64,000 bases of DNA from contig NC_090344.1 of NCBI RefSeq assembly GCF_035084215.1, forward strand, positions 43,276,001 to 43,340,000, given 5' to 3'. Shown here piece by piece: positions 10,899 to 21,999 of this stretch. How positions within the stretch are numbered: the first letter of the stretch is position 1; the number at the start of each line of letters is the position of its first letter. The stretch comes from Heptranchias perlo (taxonomy: Eukaryota). The position numbers and the translations under genes were made by a program. The notes under the pieces are model-generated. The model was not told the origin of the DNA. It worked only from the letters and a program-made list of their open reading frames with translations, and searched no databases.

Positions 10899-13800
10899 TT
10901 TAAAATAAAATTGCTGGACTATAACTTGGTTTTGTAAAATTGTTACCTATTCAAGAAGGGAGTGAGACAGAAAGCAGGTAACTGTAGACCAGTTAGCCTA
11001 ACACCTGTCATTGGGAAAATGCTAGAATCCATTGTTAAGGAAGTAGTAGCAGGACATTTGGAGACTCATAATACAATCAAGGAGAGTCAACATGGTTTTA
11101 TGAAGGGGAAATCGTGTCTGTCAAATTCATTAGAGTTCTTTGAGGAAGTAACGGGCAGGGTGGATAAAGGGGAACCAATGGATGCAGTATATTTGGATTT
11201 CCAAAAGGCATTCGATAAGGTGCCACATAAAAGATTACTGCACAAGAGCTCATGGTGTTGGGGGTAATATACTGGCATGGATAGAGGATTGGCTAACTAA
11301 CAGAAAACAAAGAGTCGGGATAAAAGGGTCATTTTCAAAATGGCAATCTGTAACTAGTGGGGTGCCGCAGGGATCAGTGCTGGGGCCTCAACTATTTACA
11401 ATATATATCAGTGACTTGGATGAAGGAACAGAGTGTCTTGTGGCCAAATTTGCTGTTGATACAAAGATCGGTGGAAAAGCAAGTTGCGATGAGGACACAA
11501 AGTGTCTGCAAAGGGATATTGACAGGTTATGCGAATGGGCAAAAATTTGGCAGATGGAATATAATGTGGGAAAATGTGAAGTCATCCACTTTGGGAGGAA
11601 AAATAAAAAAGCAAAATATTATTTGAATGGAGAAATACTATAAAATGCTGCGGTACAGAGGGATCTGGGTGTCCTCGTACATGAAACACAAAAAGTCAAC
11701 ATACAGGTGCAGCAGGTAATCCGAAAGGCAAACGGAATATTGGCCTTTATTTCTAGGGGAATGGAGTATAAAAGCAGGGAAGTCATGCTACAACTGTACA
11801 GGGTGCTGGTGAGACCACACCTGGAGTACTGCGTACAGTTCTGGTGCCCTTATTTAAGGAAGGACATACTTGCATTGGAGGCAGTTCAGAGAAGGTTCAC
11901 TAGGTTGATTCCGGGTATGGAAGGGTTGTCTTATGAGGAAAGATTGAACAGGTTGGGTCTATACTCATTGGAGTTTGGAGGAATGAGAGGAGATCTTATT
12001 GAAACATACAAGATTCTGAGGGGACTCGATAGGGTCGATGCTGAGAGGATGTTACCCCTCATGGGGGAATCTAAAACTAGGGGGCATAGTCTCAGAATAA
12101 GGGGTCGCCCGTTTAAGACGGAAATGAGGAGGAATTTCTTCTCCCAGAGGGTCGTGAATCTTTGGAATTCTTTACTCCAAAAAGCTGTGGAGGCTGAGTC
12201 ATTGAATACATTCAAGGCTGAGTTAAACAAATTTTTGATCAGCAAGGGAATCAAAGGATATGGGGAAAAGGTGGGAAAGTGGAGTTGAGGTAAAAATCAG
12301 ATCAGCCATGATCTCATTGAATGGCGGAGCAGGCTCGAGGGGCCGAATGGCCTACTCCTGCTCCTAGCTCTTAGGGCTTACGTGCACTTGAAGTGCCATA
12401 ACCTACAGGGCTACGGACCAAGTGCTGGAAAGTAGGATTAAGCGGGATAGCTCTTTTTCGGCCAGCACGGACACGATGGGCCGAATGGCCTCCTTCTGTG
12501 TTGTAACTTTCTATGATTAGTCACAGTACGTGGGATGATATGGTGTTTTATAAGGACGGAAACTTTATAAATAACACATTTATTTAGTGCTTTATTACAT
12601 CCTCAGCACATCGCATCCAATTAATTACTTTTGAAATTGCTGTTATCTGGGTACATGTGACAGCTAATGTGTGCACAGCAAGATCCCACAAATGGCAAAA
12701 AAGTTGAATGAACAGTTAATTTGCTTTTGGTTCGTATTGGTTATGCCAAGCAATTCACAACGTATTCTCTTCTGCTCAGGTGAGACTGTATCCCTTTAAG
12801 GTCACAATGTCTAATTGCTGTTCTGTAAACACTGAATGAGTTCATTTAGTTTAATTGCGACTCAAGTTGCAGGTCAGAACACTGGTTGTGTTTTGTCTTT
12901 TTGACAGAAATTAGAGTGTGACACTTGAAATATGTGCACGGTGCACCTTTTTTAATACATTACTAGTGAATGTCCTGTGGTGCTGCTCACAGTAAAGCGG
13001 AGAATGTGTCATTTTATAAGGACAGGGACGTTATACCATGTAAAACACAATGTATTAATCATCCGCTAACGTAACATTTGTCCCTTTTAGACGACACAGT
13101 TGGTAACTAAAGATTCTGGGAGTTCCCATTGGATACATGTTATGATCTTAACAAACAGTCAAGACATTTAAAACCACTGCCAAGAACATTTGTCTGCAGT
13201 CTGGGTAAGTGCACAATCATCTGGGGACCAGAACTATGTAATACAATAAAGGTATGTCAACACTATGCATGTGAACAGGAATGTATATGTTACCCACCCA
13301 GCAGTACAGAGCGAGGCTGCTCCCTTCTATTTTGAGGTGGCTCAAGGAGCAGGTTAGGGAAACAAATTCACACAAAAAGGGTTTTAGAATATGGAAGTCA
13401 ATTACATTCAAGAAGGAATTGGATGTACAGGAAAAGATTGGAGCAGATAGCTCTGATGTGATGCTAGCCCTGGCAGGGACACAGTGGAATAAATGGCCCC
13501 CTCTGCTGAAACCTGTATGATTCTACAAATTATTAATGTTGCATATCAAACACAACTGACCACACACTTTCCACATGCCAAGCATAACTGCAGTTGGGCC
13601 TCCTTAAAGAGCACCGAGGAATGATTATTATTTGAAGTCTACATCATTGTCCCAAAAATGCACTGCTTCTGCCCTACTGTTAATGTACAGTGGAGGATGT
13701 GAGAACTGACATATTCCAAACCATGTGCTAAGAAGAATTAGTTTGTGAACTCTTAGAAAATATAAAAATGTTTATTCATTGAAAAAACAAAGTGTATAAT

Positions 13801-15411
13801 AGAATAGACATCACCCTATTATATACATTACACAGGAACTTTTAAAAAATGACCATGGATGAACATCCAAGGTCTATAGTACAAAATACCACTACGGTTG
13901 AAAAGAGTATCAAAGATGATGAATTAATCAGGAAGTCATTATTTTAAAAGTTGCTAAATTGTAAGAGATTGAGAAAGGTCATGAGTACCACAAATCTGAG
14001 GCCCTTGGAAAGAGTAGCAGATTGGGGTAATTTTTCATTTCAGTGCAGTGAGGAAGCAAGGAGTAGGGTGTTGTAGTTAGAACTTAGAAGGAACAAAGGA
14101 AAGTTCACAAGCAGCAATGACTGTAATCATATAATCAAAACGAAGACAAGAAAGGGGGCAATGGGCTGAAGGAGAGAGGGATCACCTATCAAAATGAAAC
14201 TTTCTTGCACCTTGTCCAGGAGTATGAGAGGTTTAGAAGAGCCTGCCCAAATATGGAGAAGGGTTCAAGCCTTGGATGGACATAGGCTTCATGTTTAAAG
14301 CAGCCCACCTCCATTCCTGCAAGTGTGTAGTAGAGCAGCTCCAAGGCCTTTGGCTCATCACCATCCCACGGGGCACACATCCACTAAACCGTCAAGCTTG
14401 TCCTCACTGATTTAAGGAGGGGAAAACATTTGGTTGTAAACCAACCCCTCTCTCATCTTAAAATCCTCATGAAGCTCTTGCACAAATGTCATTTTCCTTA
14501 TAGAATACATCCCCCTATTCGCCCATGAACAAATAAAAAGCAGGATGAAGAAATGTGTAAATTTAATCAGAAAAACTACTATTGAGTTCTGCAGATACCA
14601 GCAGCTTCCTCTACATTCCCTATGGTGGAATCTGAAGTGTAAATTCTAGTTTAAATCTTTGCAGTGAAGTTTCACATTTCATAAGTTGTGTTGAGGGTTA
14701 TGAGGATGACAGCCCAGCACCAAATGAAGGACTTGACCTACAGTAATAGTCTGAGCATCAGCCTTTTGAGAACAGGACATTCCCTGATAAACTCCTTGTT
14801 ACTGGATCAGGATTTATACATGGCAATGAGCAAGAATTAGAATTTTGGATTTTTTTTTTGCTCAGTGATAAAATTCTTGTGACTCACTCAGCTGTTGGTT
14901 TGGTTTAAATTCACAGATATCTACCCTCGCACCAAAACATGGCAACAAAACACACTGGGACTGACTCATCGCTCTATTTACCGCTTTGCAAATCCATTTG
15001 GAATGACTAGGCCGCTCACTGCCAGCTCATCCCATTTGGAATGATGAGGCCAGCTCACGTGTCCACTCCATCACGTTTTGAATGGGGCAGCCAACTCACA
15101 AGCGGTTACTTTCAACACCTTTACAACTTCAAGATGTCCAAATGTGTGTTGTGAATGTTCTGTGAGGGCAGGAAGTGAAAGCGGAAAGGCTCGATGCACC
15201 TGCCACCAAAAAAAACAAACACCCATGTCGTCTTGGGGAGAATCTGTGACAATAAAATGGCATCAGAACTGTTTGGCCATATATTACCCAACAGAAATAA
15301 GTGGGATGTAAATATGACATCTATTAGATTGTACTGTTAGTGGGACTATAAATATTACATATCTGTTAAATGATTCTGCTCCCAACCCAGGAGCAAAGGT
15401 TGTGTTTTCAG

Positions 15412-17025
15412 TCAGCTGATTGTATCTTTAATGCATTCCATCATTAACGGACCCATGTCCCTCAATATTTTCTGATATTCCATAAGTGCCTGACTGTAAG
15501 AGTCACGCTGTGTTACAAAGGACCGGAAGAGGTTTATAGGCTCTGCATACAGAAGCATTTCTGGAATTCCAATTTGCTTAGGAAAGGTCTGATTTCCGAT
15601 CATAAATCGGTGGAGCCGTTTCTCATCCAAGCATTTTCCAAGATACTTCAAAATGTCTTTTAGCCTATGTTCCAGGTGACACTCGTGCCAGTTTGAATAT
15701 GGCTGACTTAACAACAGATGCATAAGGACAGTCTTAAAAAGGTAGGACCCAAGAACGTTCCGCTGGTCTGGAGAGCTACGCAGCTTTTCAGTTAGAAAGA
15801 TCAATATTTGAAGGCACTTGAGGTGACAGCTGTTTTTGGGTACACTTTTTGCCATGATTTTCAGAAACCTATACTCGCAGACAGCACAGGATATATGCCA
15901 GTAGGTCGTGGACAGCACAGTATTCTTCGTGTAATCAGAAAAGCTGGATACGAGATAGACGTCTGAATCCTTCAGCCTCACAGCAGGGAAGACTTTAATG
16001 TAGATGTTTCGTCCCGACTGATACTGGACTTTTAAGCCACAGCAACCAGTAATATTGTGGAAGGAAAGTTCAAAATCATACTTATGACACACTTTGTTCC
16101 AGGATTTTGCCAGTGTAATCCTGAACCATTTCAGTACTTTCTTGTAGTCCAAATACCACTCAGAGCACACGATGGAAGCTAGGGAATTGGTACTAACATC
16201 AGCTTCAAACCTTTTGCTGTGAATAAGGCAAAGAACATCTCCTTCAAGTTCAGTGTTTTTACATAGGCAGCCCAAGTCAGCACTGCCTGGCGTTACCATA
16301 ACAATCCGGCCATAACTTTGTTTATCAGTTGGGATGTCACAGCAACAGATCTCTGGTTTAAAGCAATATCCATCCTGAAGAAAAATTGGAACCAAAATAT
16401 CATACACCGAAGGCATCTTACAGCCCCATTTCTCAAACTGACTCCCAATGCCCACACAGTCTTCAAGGATCAGCTCAGAATCCCATTGGCAAAGATTCCT
16501 ACAGGCTTCCAAGAGGTCATCGACAAAGCTTTCTACAAATTCACACGTCTGCATCGGCTCTTGACTCACATTCTGAATACACGTATTGTAAAACTGATCC
16601 AGCACACATTTTTCAGGAATATTCAAAATGTTGCTGTAAATTCTCTGAGGAAATTCATTTTCCTTTTCTCCATCCTCCTCTTCCTCGCTGTTATAGTCAT
16701 GTGGTGTCTGTGGCCGCGTGTCCTGTCTCCACAATTCCAAGAACAGAATTGTGACCATTAGGAGAATATTCCAGGTGTTCCAATCCATCTGCGTTGAGTT
16801 TTCTGCTTTTGCAAATGTATTGTCTTTCATTTCATACTCAGGATTATTTTTCTCATCCACTTCTTTCTGGAGCCGCTCCATTTCCACCTTGTACTGGTCC
16901 TCCTGCTCCTTCATCCTTGACTGGACCTCTTCGCTCTCAACTTCATCACTCAGCAGGCGGGGATGGTACAAACTCCCCGTGATCACCAGGAGGCACACGC
17001 TGAAAAGCCCTAATAGTGCTGGCAT
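15412..17025 (-). CDS. ITPRIPL1: Inositol 1,4,5-trisphosphate receptor-interacting protein-like 1 (ITPRIP/DANGER family, Mab-21/cGAS-like fold), single coding exon, 537 aa
   Basis: Intact 537-aa ORF: N-terminal hydrophobic signal, coiled coil, TM segment (WNILLMVTILFLELWRQ), then TCEFVESFVDDLLEACR, LEDCVGIGSQFEKWG, YDILVPI, GDVLCL, HKYDF, CHLKCLQI, FKTVLMHLLL, AEPINLF. As recalled, these motifs are closer to ITPRIPL1 than to ITPRIP. A splice acceptor (ttgttgttcatag|G ATG) lies immediately before the start codon. Confidence 0.88.
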   Translation of the reverse strand: MPALLGLFSVCLLVITGSLYHPRLLSDEVESEEVQSRMKEQEDQYKVEMERLQKEVDEKNNPEYEMKDNTFAKAENSTQMDWNTWNILLMVTILFLELWRQDTRPQTPHDYNSEEEEDGEKENEFPQRIYSNILNIPEKCVLDQFYNTCIQNVSQEPMQTCEFVESFVDDLLEACRNLCQWDSELILEDCVGIGSQFEKWGCKMPSVYDILVPIFLQDGYCFKPEICCCDIPTDKQSYGRIVMVTPGSADLGCLCKNTELEGDVLCLIHSKRFEADVSTNSLASIVCSEWYLDYKKVLKWFRITLAKSWNKVCHKYDFELSFHNITGCCGLKVQYQSGRNIYIKVFPAVRLKDSDVYLVSSFSDYTKNTVLSTTYWHISCAVCEYRFLKIMAKSVPKNSCHLKCLQILIFLTEKLRSSPDQRNVLGSYLFKTVLMHLLLSQPYSNWHECHLEHRLKDILKYLGKCLDEKRLHRFMIGNQTFPKQIGIPEMLLYAEPINLFRSFVTQRDSYSQALMEYQKILRDMGPLMMECIKDTIS

Positions 17026-18029
17026 CCTATGAACAACAAGCAGAGAACAGATGTTCAGAAGGTGTGTCTATAATTCAGTGGGAACTGCATTAGTACATCT
17101 ATCAGAGGCTGTGCCCCCAATGAGAGACCTTGCAAGTCTTTGAATAATTCATCCTCCTTCACTGTTGTGTAATATATACAGCTTTCTTTCCTGTCCTAAA
17201 ATTGCCCCATGCTGTCTCATAGGTGTTGATGGCAGCAATAAATGAACACTGGGCACTGAGGGGGACATTTTGACTTTGCACAACCAATGCAGAGCATCAC
17301 CCATCGACCATACCTAGTCAGAAATCGTGGGCACTCTGCCACCCATTAAAATTAATGGCCAGAAAATCATGGATGGTACGCCCACTTTCCTGATCTGCAC
17401 TAGTAGCACAAACGCAGGAAAATCGGCCCTAAAATATCAGGGGCTGTAAAAATATAAATATGCCACAACACCCAGTGTGCAAATACTCTCTCTTCTAGGA
17501 AGCATGAGAAGATTCAGAATCCGGTTTGTACAATGAGCATATGCCACAGAATCTGGAGCAATGTGGTTCATATTTGGTTTACATTACAACAATGTATCCC
17601 AGCCAGTTGTACTCTACACCATAGGTTTTCAATTTATTATTGAAGAATCTAATTGAAACACCAAAACTCACAGCGCAGGGCATCAAGGTTGAAAAGAGTC
17701 GGAAAGAAGGTGAGTCGTGATTAGGTGATGCCAAGCTTGAGCTTTAAAAGCCTACGTGAGGAAGGAAAGACTGGGGAGTGGTAAGGAGTTCCACAATTGT
17801 GAATTCTTGGGAAAGAATGAGGTAGGGTAGGAATACTACATGAATCTTGATTTCAAAACCATGAGGATTTAGGGAGGAGCAAGATAGTACGAGGCAGGAT
17901 ATCTCAGAATAAGAGAGGAAATGGAAGAGACCAGACCAGAGAAGGATCAATAAAAGAGTCAAGAAAGGTTGCAAGAGAGAAAGGGAAGGGGGGTGGGGAG
18001 GCAGGAGAAGGATCACCAGTCAGACGACA

Positions 18030-19900
18030 GACGTACGAACAATGACAGACCAGAAAAGATCCTCTGGTCCATCCAGCCTGTCCTAAACAATTGCGATGCT
18101 TAGTGCATCACAATATATACACTCCCCATCCCACCCGAAAGCCCTGGAGGGGGGTGAAAAATCAGATTAAAAGTCAGGCCAATTTGGTGGGGGGGGAAAT
18201 CTGGAAAATTCCTCTGCCCCCTTCGGCGATCAAAACTCAGGAGTCCACTCTGGCCCAGATTAATGTTACACGGTACCTACCTTTTGTACGAGCTGATCTC
18301 CACCCCAGCCAGAACCAGGTCGAGCTGTCCCTTGAAGGACCACTATTTGCTGGGAAAAGAACATCTAACCTAGATCTGGCCTTACGTAACTTGAAATTGT
18401 GACCCCGTGGTCCTTCCTAACCTACTTAGTTGAAACAAGCTGTCTACATGAACACAATCTATTCCCTTCATCATCTTATAAACCTCGATCAAATCAGCCC
18501 GAAGTCTACGCTTCTCGAAAGTGCACAGTCCCAGTTCTTTTAGCCTCTTGATAACTAAGAGACTTCAAACTGGGAATTAGTCCAGCTGCCCTCCTCTGCA
18601 CCCTTTCCAAAGCCTCAATACAACCCACCATGTGAGACGACCAAAATTGGACACAGTATTCAAACTGAGGCTTCACCAAGGTCTTGTGCACTGACAAAAT
18701 AGTATGCTGTGTTTTATAATCATATGTCCTATAAATACTTACTCGCACCCTATTCTCTCTAGCTATTGCTTCACGAATCTTTGGAGATCTATGCATTAGA
18801 ACATCTAGATCTTTCTTTCTGCACCAACTTTAGTACTTTGCCCTGAAGGGTATATGCATGTTCAGCATTCGCCCTACCCACATGCATAACACTACTTTTC
18901 TAAGTTAAACATGATTTGCCAGTCACGAGCCCAATCCATCTACACCCACTTTCTGCTTACGGGCTTTCAGCCTGTTTTCAATCCAGTGCAGTAGATTGTC
19001 ACTAATACCCGAGGCTTTTATCTTGTAGAGAAGCCCCTGACGTGGTACCTTGTCAACAGCTTTTTGGAAGTCTAAGCAGACAATATCTACCAGATTTCCC
19101 TCATCCATTACCTTGGTGATTTGTTCAAAAAATACAATCAAATTAGTAAGGTCGGACCTCCTTTTGAAGCCATGTTGGATGTCCCTAATATGTCCAAATC
19201 TGTCTAAGTAATCATTGCATCCCTAATGATTCCCTCAAGCATCTTCCCTATTACTGACTAATGGGCCTATACTTACCCAGATCTGCCTTATCTCCTTTGG
19301 AACTACATTAGCCTCCTTCCAGTCCAAGGGAACAGTCCCAGAATCCAGCAAGCTATTAAAGATGTGGGCAAGGGGTCCCATCTCCCTGAGAACCCTTTGA
19401 TGGATATCATCCCGACTGGCTGCCCTATCTATTTTCAGGTTCCTAATTCTATCCAAAACAATATGTTTATCTATGTTAATATTAAGTTTCATTATTAATA
19501 ACATCATTGAATTCTGACAGTTGAGCATCATCTTAAAGAGTGAAGACCGATGCAAAGTACTCATTTAGTATGTCTGCCATACCCAGTGAGTCTTTAGTAA
19601 CCTGTCAAGTATCCTTCAATGTAGTCTTTGACAGTTCTCTAATTCCACATAACTGAAAAAGTTTTTCCCATTACTTCTGCAGTAGTCTACCATCCTCTTT
19701 TCTGTTATCCTTTTAGCTGATCTAATAGTGGCCGTAGTTTTCTTTAGCTGTTCCCGGTACCTTTCTTTGTTTTGTTGAGTATTAATTATATGACTTTAAT
19801 TTGTAGAAACATTTTAGTTTACATCATTTGTCTTTGTACATGACCACCTTGGCTTTTTCTTACCGCACTCTCTTCCTTTGACTTTGTCTTCCACATCTTT
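18030..19900 (-). mobile_element. CR1-like LINE, decayed
   Basis: [31 protein letters not shown]. Confidence 0.82.
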
Positions 19901-20711
19901 TACTTTGTTCTTAAAAACTTACCATTTATATTCTACATCAGTTTCATCACCACACAGACTTCTTCTTATGTCTTGTCCAGGAGAGCAAGAGAGGTGGTAC
20001 AGGAGTTTAGGTATTCCCAAATATGGGAGCAGCATTCAAAGGCACTTTATACTTTCATGACAACATCTCTGATCAGCAGTATCCCTGCATTCACTTGGAC
20101 GTGAATCCTATTACAAGAGTTGGAATCATTCTATTGTCACAAAAAGACACTGTAAAAGGTAGAATAAGCTCTGATAAAAGTTAGTATTGTATCCTAAAAA
20201 GAATGGACACTGACGAAATAATTTCTTTTTAAAAAAATGTTGGAGGATTAGCCATTGAACAAGGGAGACCTACTTTACCTATTCTTGAAAATAAGTATAA
20301 AAAGTTGGAAAGTAGCATGGCACGAGGAGCAAGAAACTCAATGCTTGAAACTGGTGAAAAACAAATTAGTGAAGAGACTGGGCTTTAAAGGATGCGAGAG
20401 TATGGGAAATTCTGCCAATATCATAACTTTTATGTTCCTTGATCATATTCTCACCAGAACGGAAGAAAAAAGAGCATAGTCCTCCAAGGTAAGGAGCCGA
20501 CACTAGTGTTATCTGATAGAAATTGCTGACTAGCCACAAGTGTGGCTACAGCAACACCATTTTAGCCACATGCACTAATTTTAGTAGAAAACCCCTTAAA
20601 AGCAATCACGGTACAGGTAAATGCATTTCACGTGTATATTTACTTCAACATCTATCACCATTCAGTCATCAAGGAAGAAAAGCACTCAATCAAAAAACAC
20701 TCGCACCCTGC

Positions 20712-20934
20712 TTTTTTTTTCTTCCTTTTTTTCAAAAAAATCCCAAAAAACCAAAACAAGTTCAAATCAAAATTTTATTATTGTGGTCCAGGATGCACTC
20801 CAGCCCCTGCGGTGCCCACGAAAAGCCTCAAGCGTTCCGGCAGACACCGCATGCTCTATCTCCAGGGCCACCCGGGCACGGAGAATTCCGCGGAAGAGAG
20901 GCAGACAGTCCGAGTGACCGCCCCCAAGGGCCCA
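20712..20934 (-). mobile_element. Tx1/L1-type non-LTR retrotransposon 3' end
   Basis: The minus strand encodes an ORF2 C-terminal remnant (RVALEIEHAVSAGTLEAF) followed by an A-rich tail. 13-bp direct repeat caccctgcttttt at 20704-20716 and 20935-20947. Confidence 0.7.
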
Positions 20935-21419
20935 CACCCTGCTTTTTGTCGTACCATTTTACCAACAAACACACACAAAGGATAAAGTACACGTGCATAT
21001 GCTGTGCGAATGAGAATTGAGATTACATGTCCAAGGACAGTGTCTATCACTCATTTCTTAAAAATGTATTAATCAGAAATGCAATTATCCACATGTGGAT
21101 TCCCAATTTCCACATGTGGCGAATGGACAACACTGGAATGCACAATGCAGATTAAAATTGCTGCTTCAACTCTAGGTCATTAAATCCCAGCCTATTAACT
21201 ATGGTGGGAGAGGGATTGACAGGTGAACCTCAGCGCAAATTACCTTTGGTACAATGTTTGCTTTGGGGGAGGAAAGAGCAGGAGTTGCTCAATGGTTCCT
21301 GGGTCGGAGGGTGGTGAGTGATGTAAATGCACTAGAGGTGGTTCTAATTAAGAAAGTAACAGGAACAAAGTTTCTGGCTTCTCCAGAGGGATAAACGCTA
21401 ACTGGGGTTGGTTTGGGGG

Positions 21420-21990
21420 GGAATCGCCAGCCTGGCCTGGCCTGGGCCTTTAAGGTAGCCGCCTGATGCAGCGGGTCAGGCCGGTGGTCTTATCCCGCCG
21501 CGCTCCTGGTGGAAGCCACCCGGGCTCTTCCCCCGCCTCTTACCTGGTCACTTGTGGCCCCTACCCCGCTTCACACGGTGCTGGGGCCTCGCTGCACGGG
21601 CGGCGCTGCTTGGTTTACGCTGCCATGTCTGGGAAAGCGCCGCCTCTCCCTATGCTCGCGCCGCTGAGGCGGGACAATACCTCCCCCTGTGACGCCACTA
21701 CCCGGCCCAGGCCGGCAAGCAGCTGGGGTCCCATCCGCTGTACAGCCCGGCGATCCGGCTCAACCCCAGCACTTGCACCCTTGGTGGGTACTGGAGCAGC
21801 CCCGGCCGGTTGCTCGGTTCATGATCGCGGGGAGTCGGCAGGTTAATGTGTGAGCGGCGCTTCAGAGTTGCAAATCCCTCAGAGCCCAGTTGGCATATTA
21901 TGGCTCCCGCTGCGCCGTTGCTTCTCTTGCTCCACTTCCTCGGCTGCAGCTCTTTGCCCGGGCTCCAAGCGGTGAAAATCAACCAGAGAC
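21420..21990. promoter_or_regulatory. CpG island, probable bidirectional promoter of ITPRIPL1 (-) and GGH-like (+)
   Basis: GC/CpG-rich stretch. A minus-strand donor CAG|GTAAGA at 21544/21543 fits a non-coding exon 1 of ITPRIPL1. The GGH ATG is at 21900. Confidence 0.7.
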
Positions 21991-21999
21991 CTGTTATTG
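21900..21999 (+). CDS. GGH: GGH-like exon 1 (signal peptide, [10 protein letters not shown]...RPVI)
   Basis: ATG at 21900; donor G|gtaaga. Confidence 0.88.

Larger units (their letters stand above)
10712..10945. mobile_element. Penelope-like element terminal (pseudo-LTR) fragment in inverted tail-to-tail arrangement
   Basis: Flanked by 13-bp direct repeat cctattcaagaag (10699-10711 and 10946-10958). Contains the palindrome 10749-10944 and a hammerhead motif of the kind found in Penelope pLTRs. Confidence 0.75.
10697..12380 (+). mobile_element. CR1 LINE (younger, nested inside the preceding copy)
   Basis: [52 protein letters not shown]; CR1 3' tail near 12300-12380. Confidence 0.92.

Noticed and set aside
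10749-10944. pre-miRNA or DNA-transposon MITE
   Set aside because: The arms are too long and perfect with no loop for a typical pre-miRNA. The asymmetric 37-bp leader, 13-bp TSD and hammerhead core fit a Penelope inverted pLTR better than a TIR element.
16318-17032. Plus-strand ORFs overlapping ITPRIPL1
   Set aside because: Antisense shadows of the real coding exon, with no recognisable motifs.
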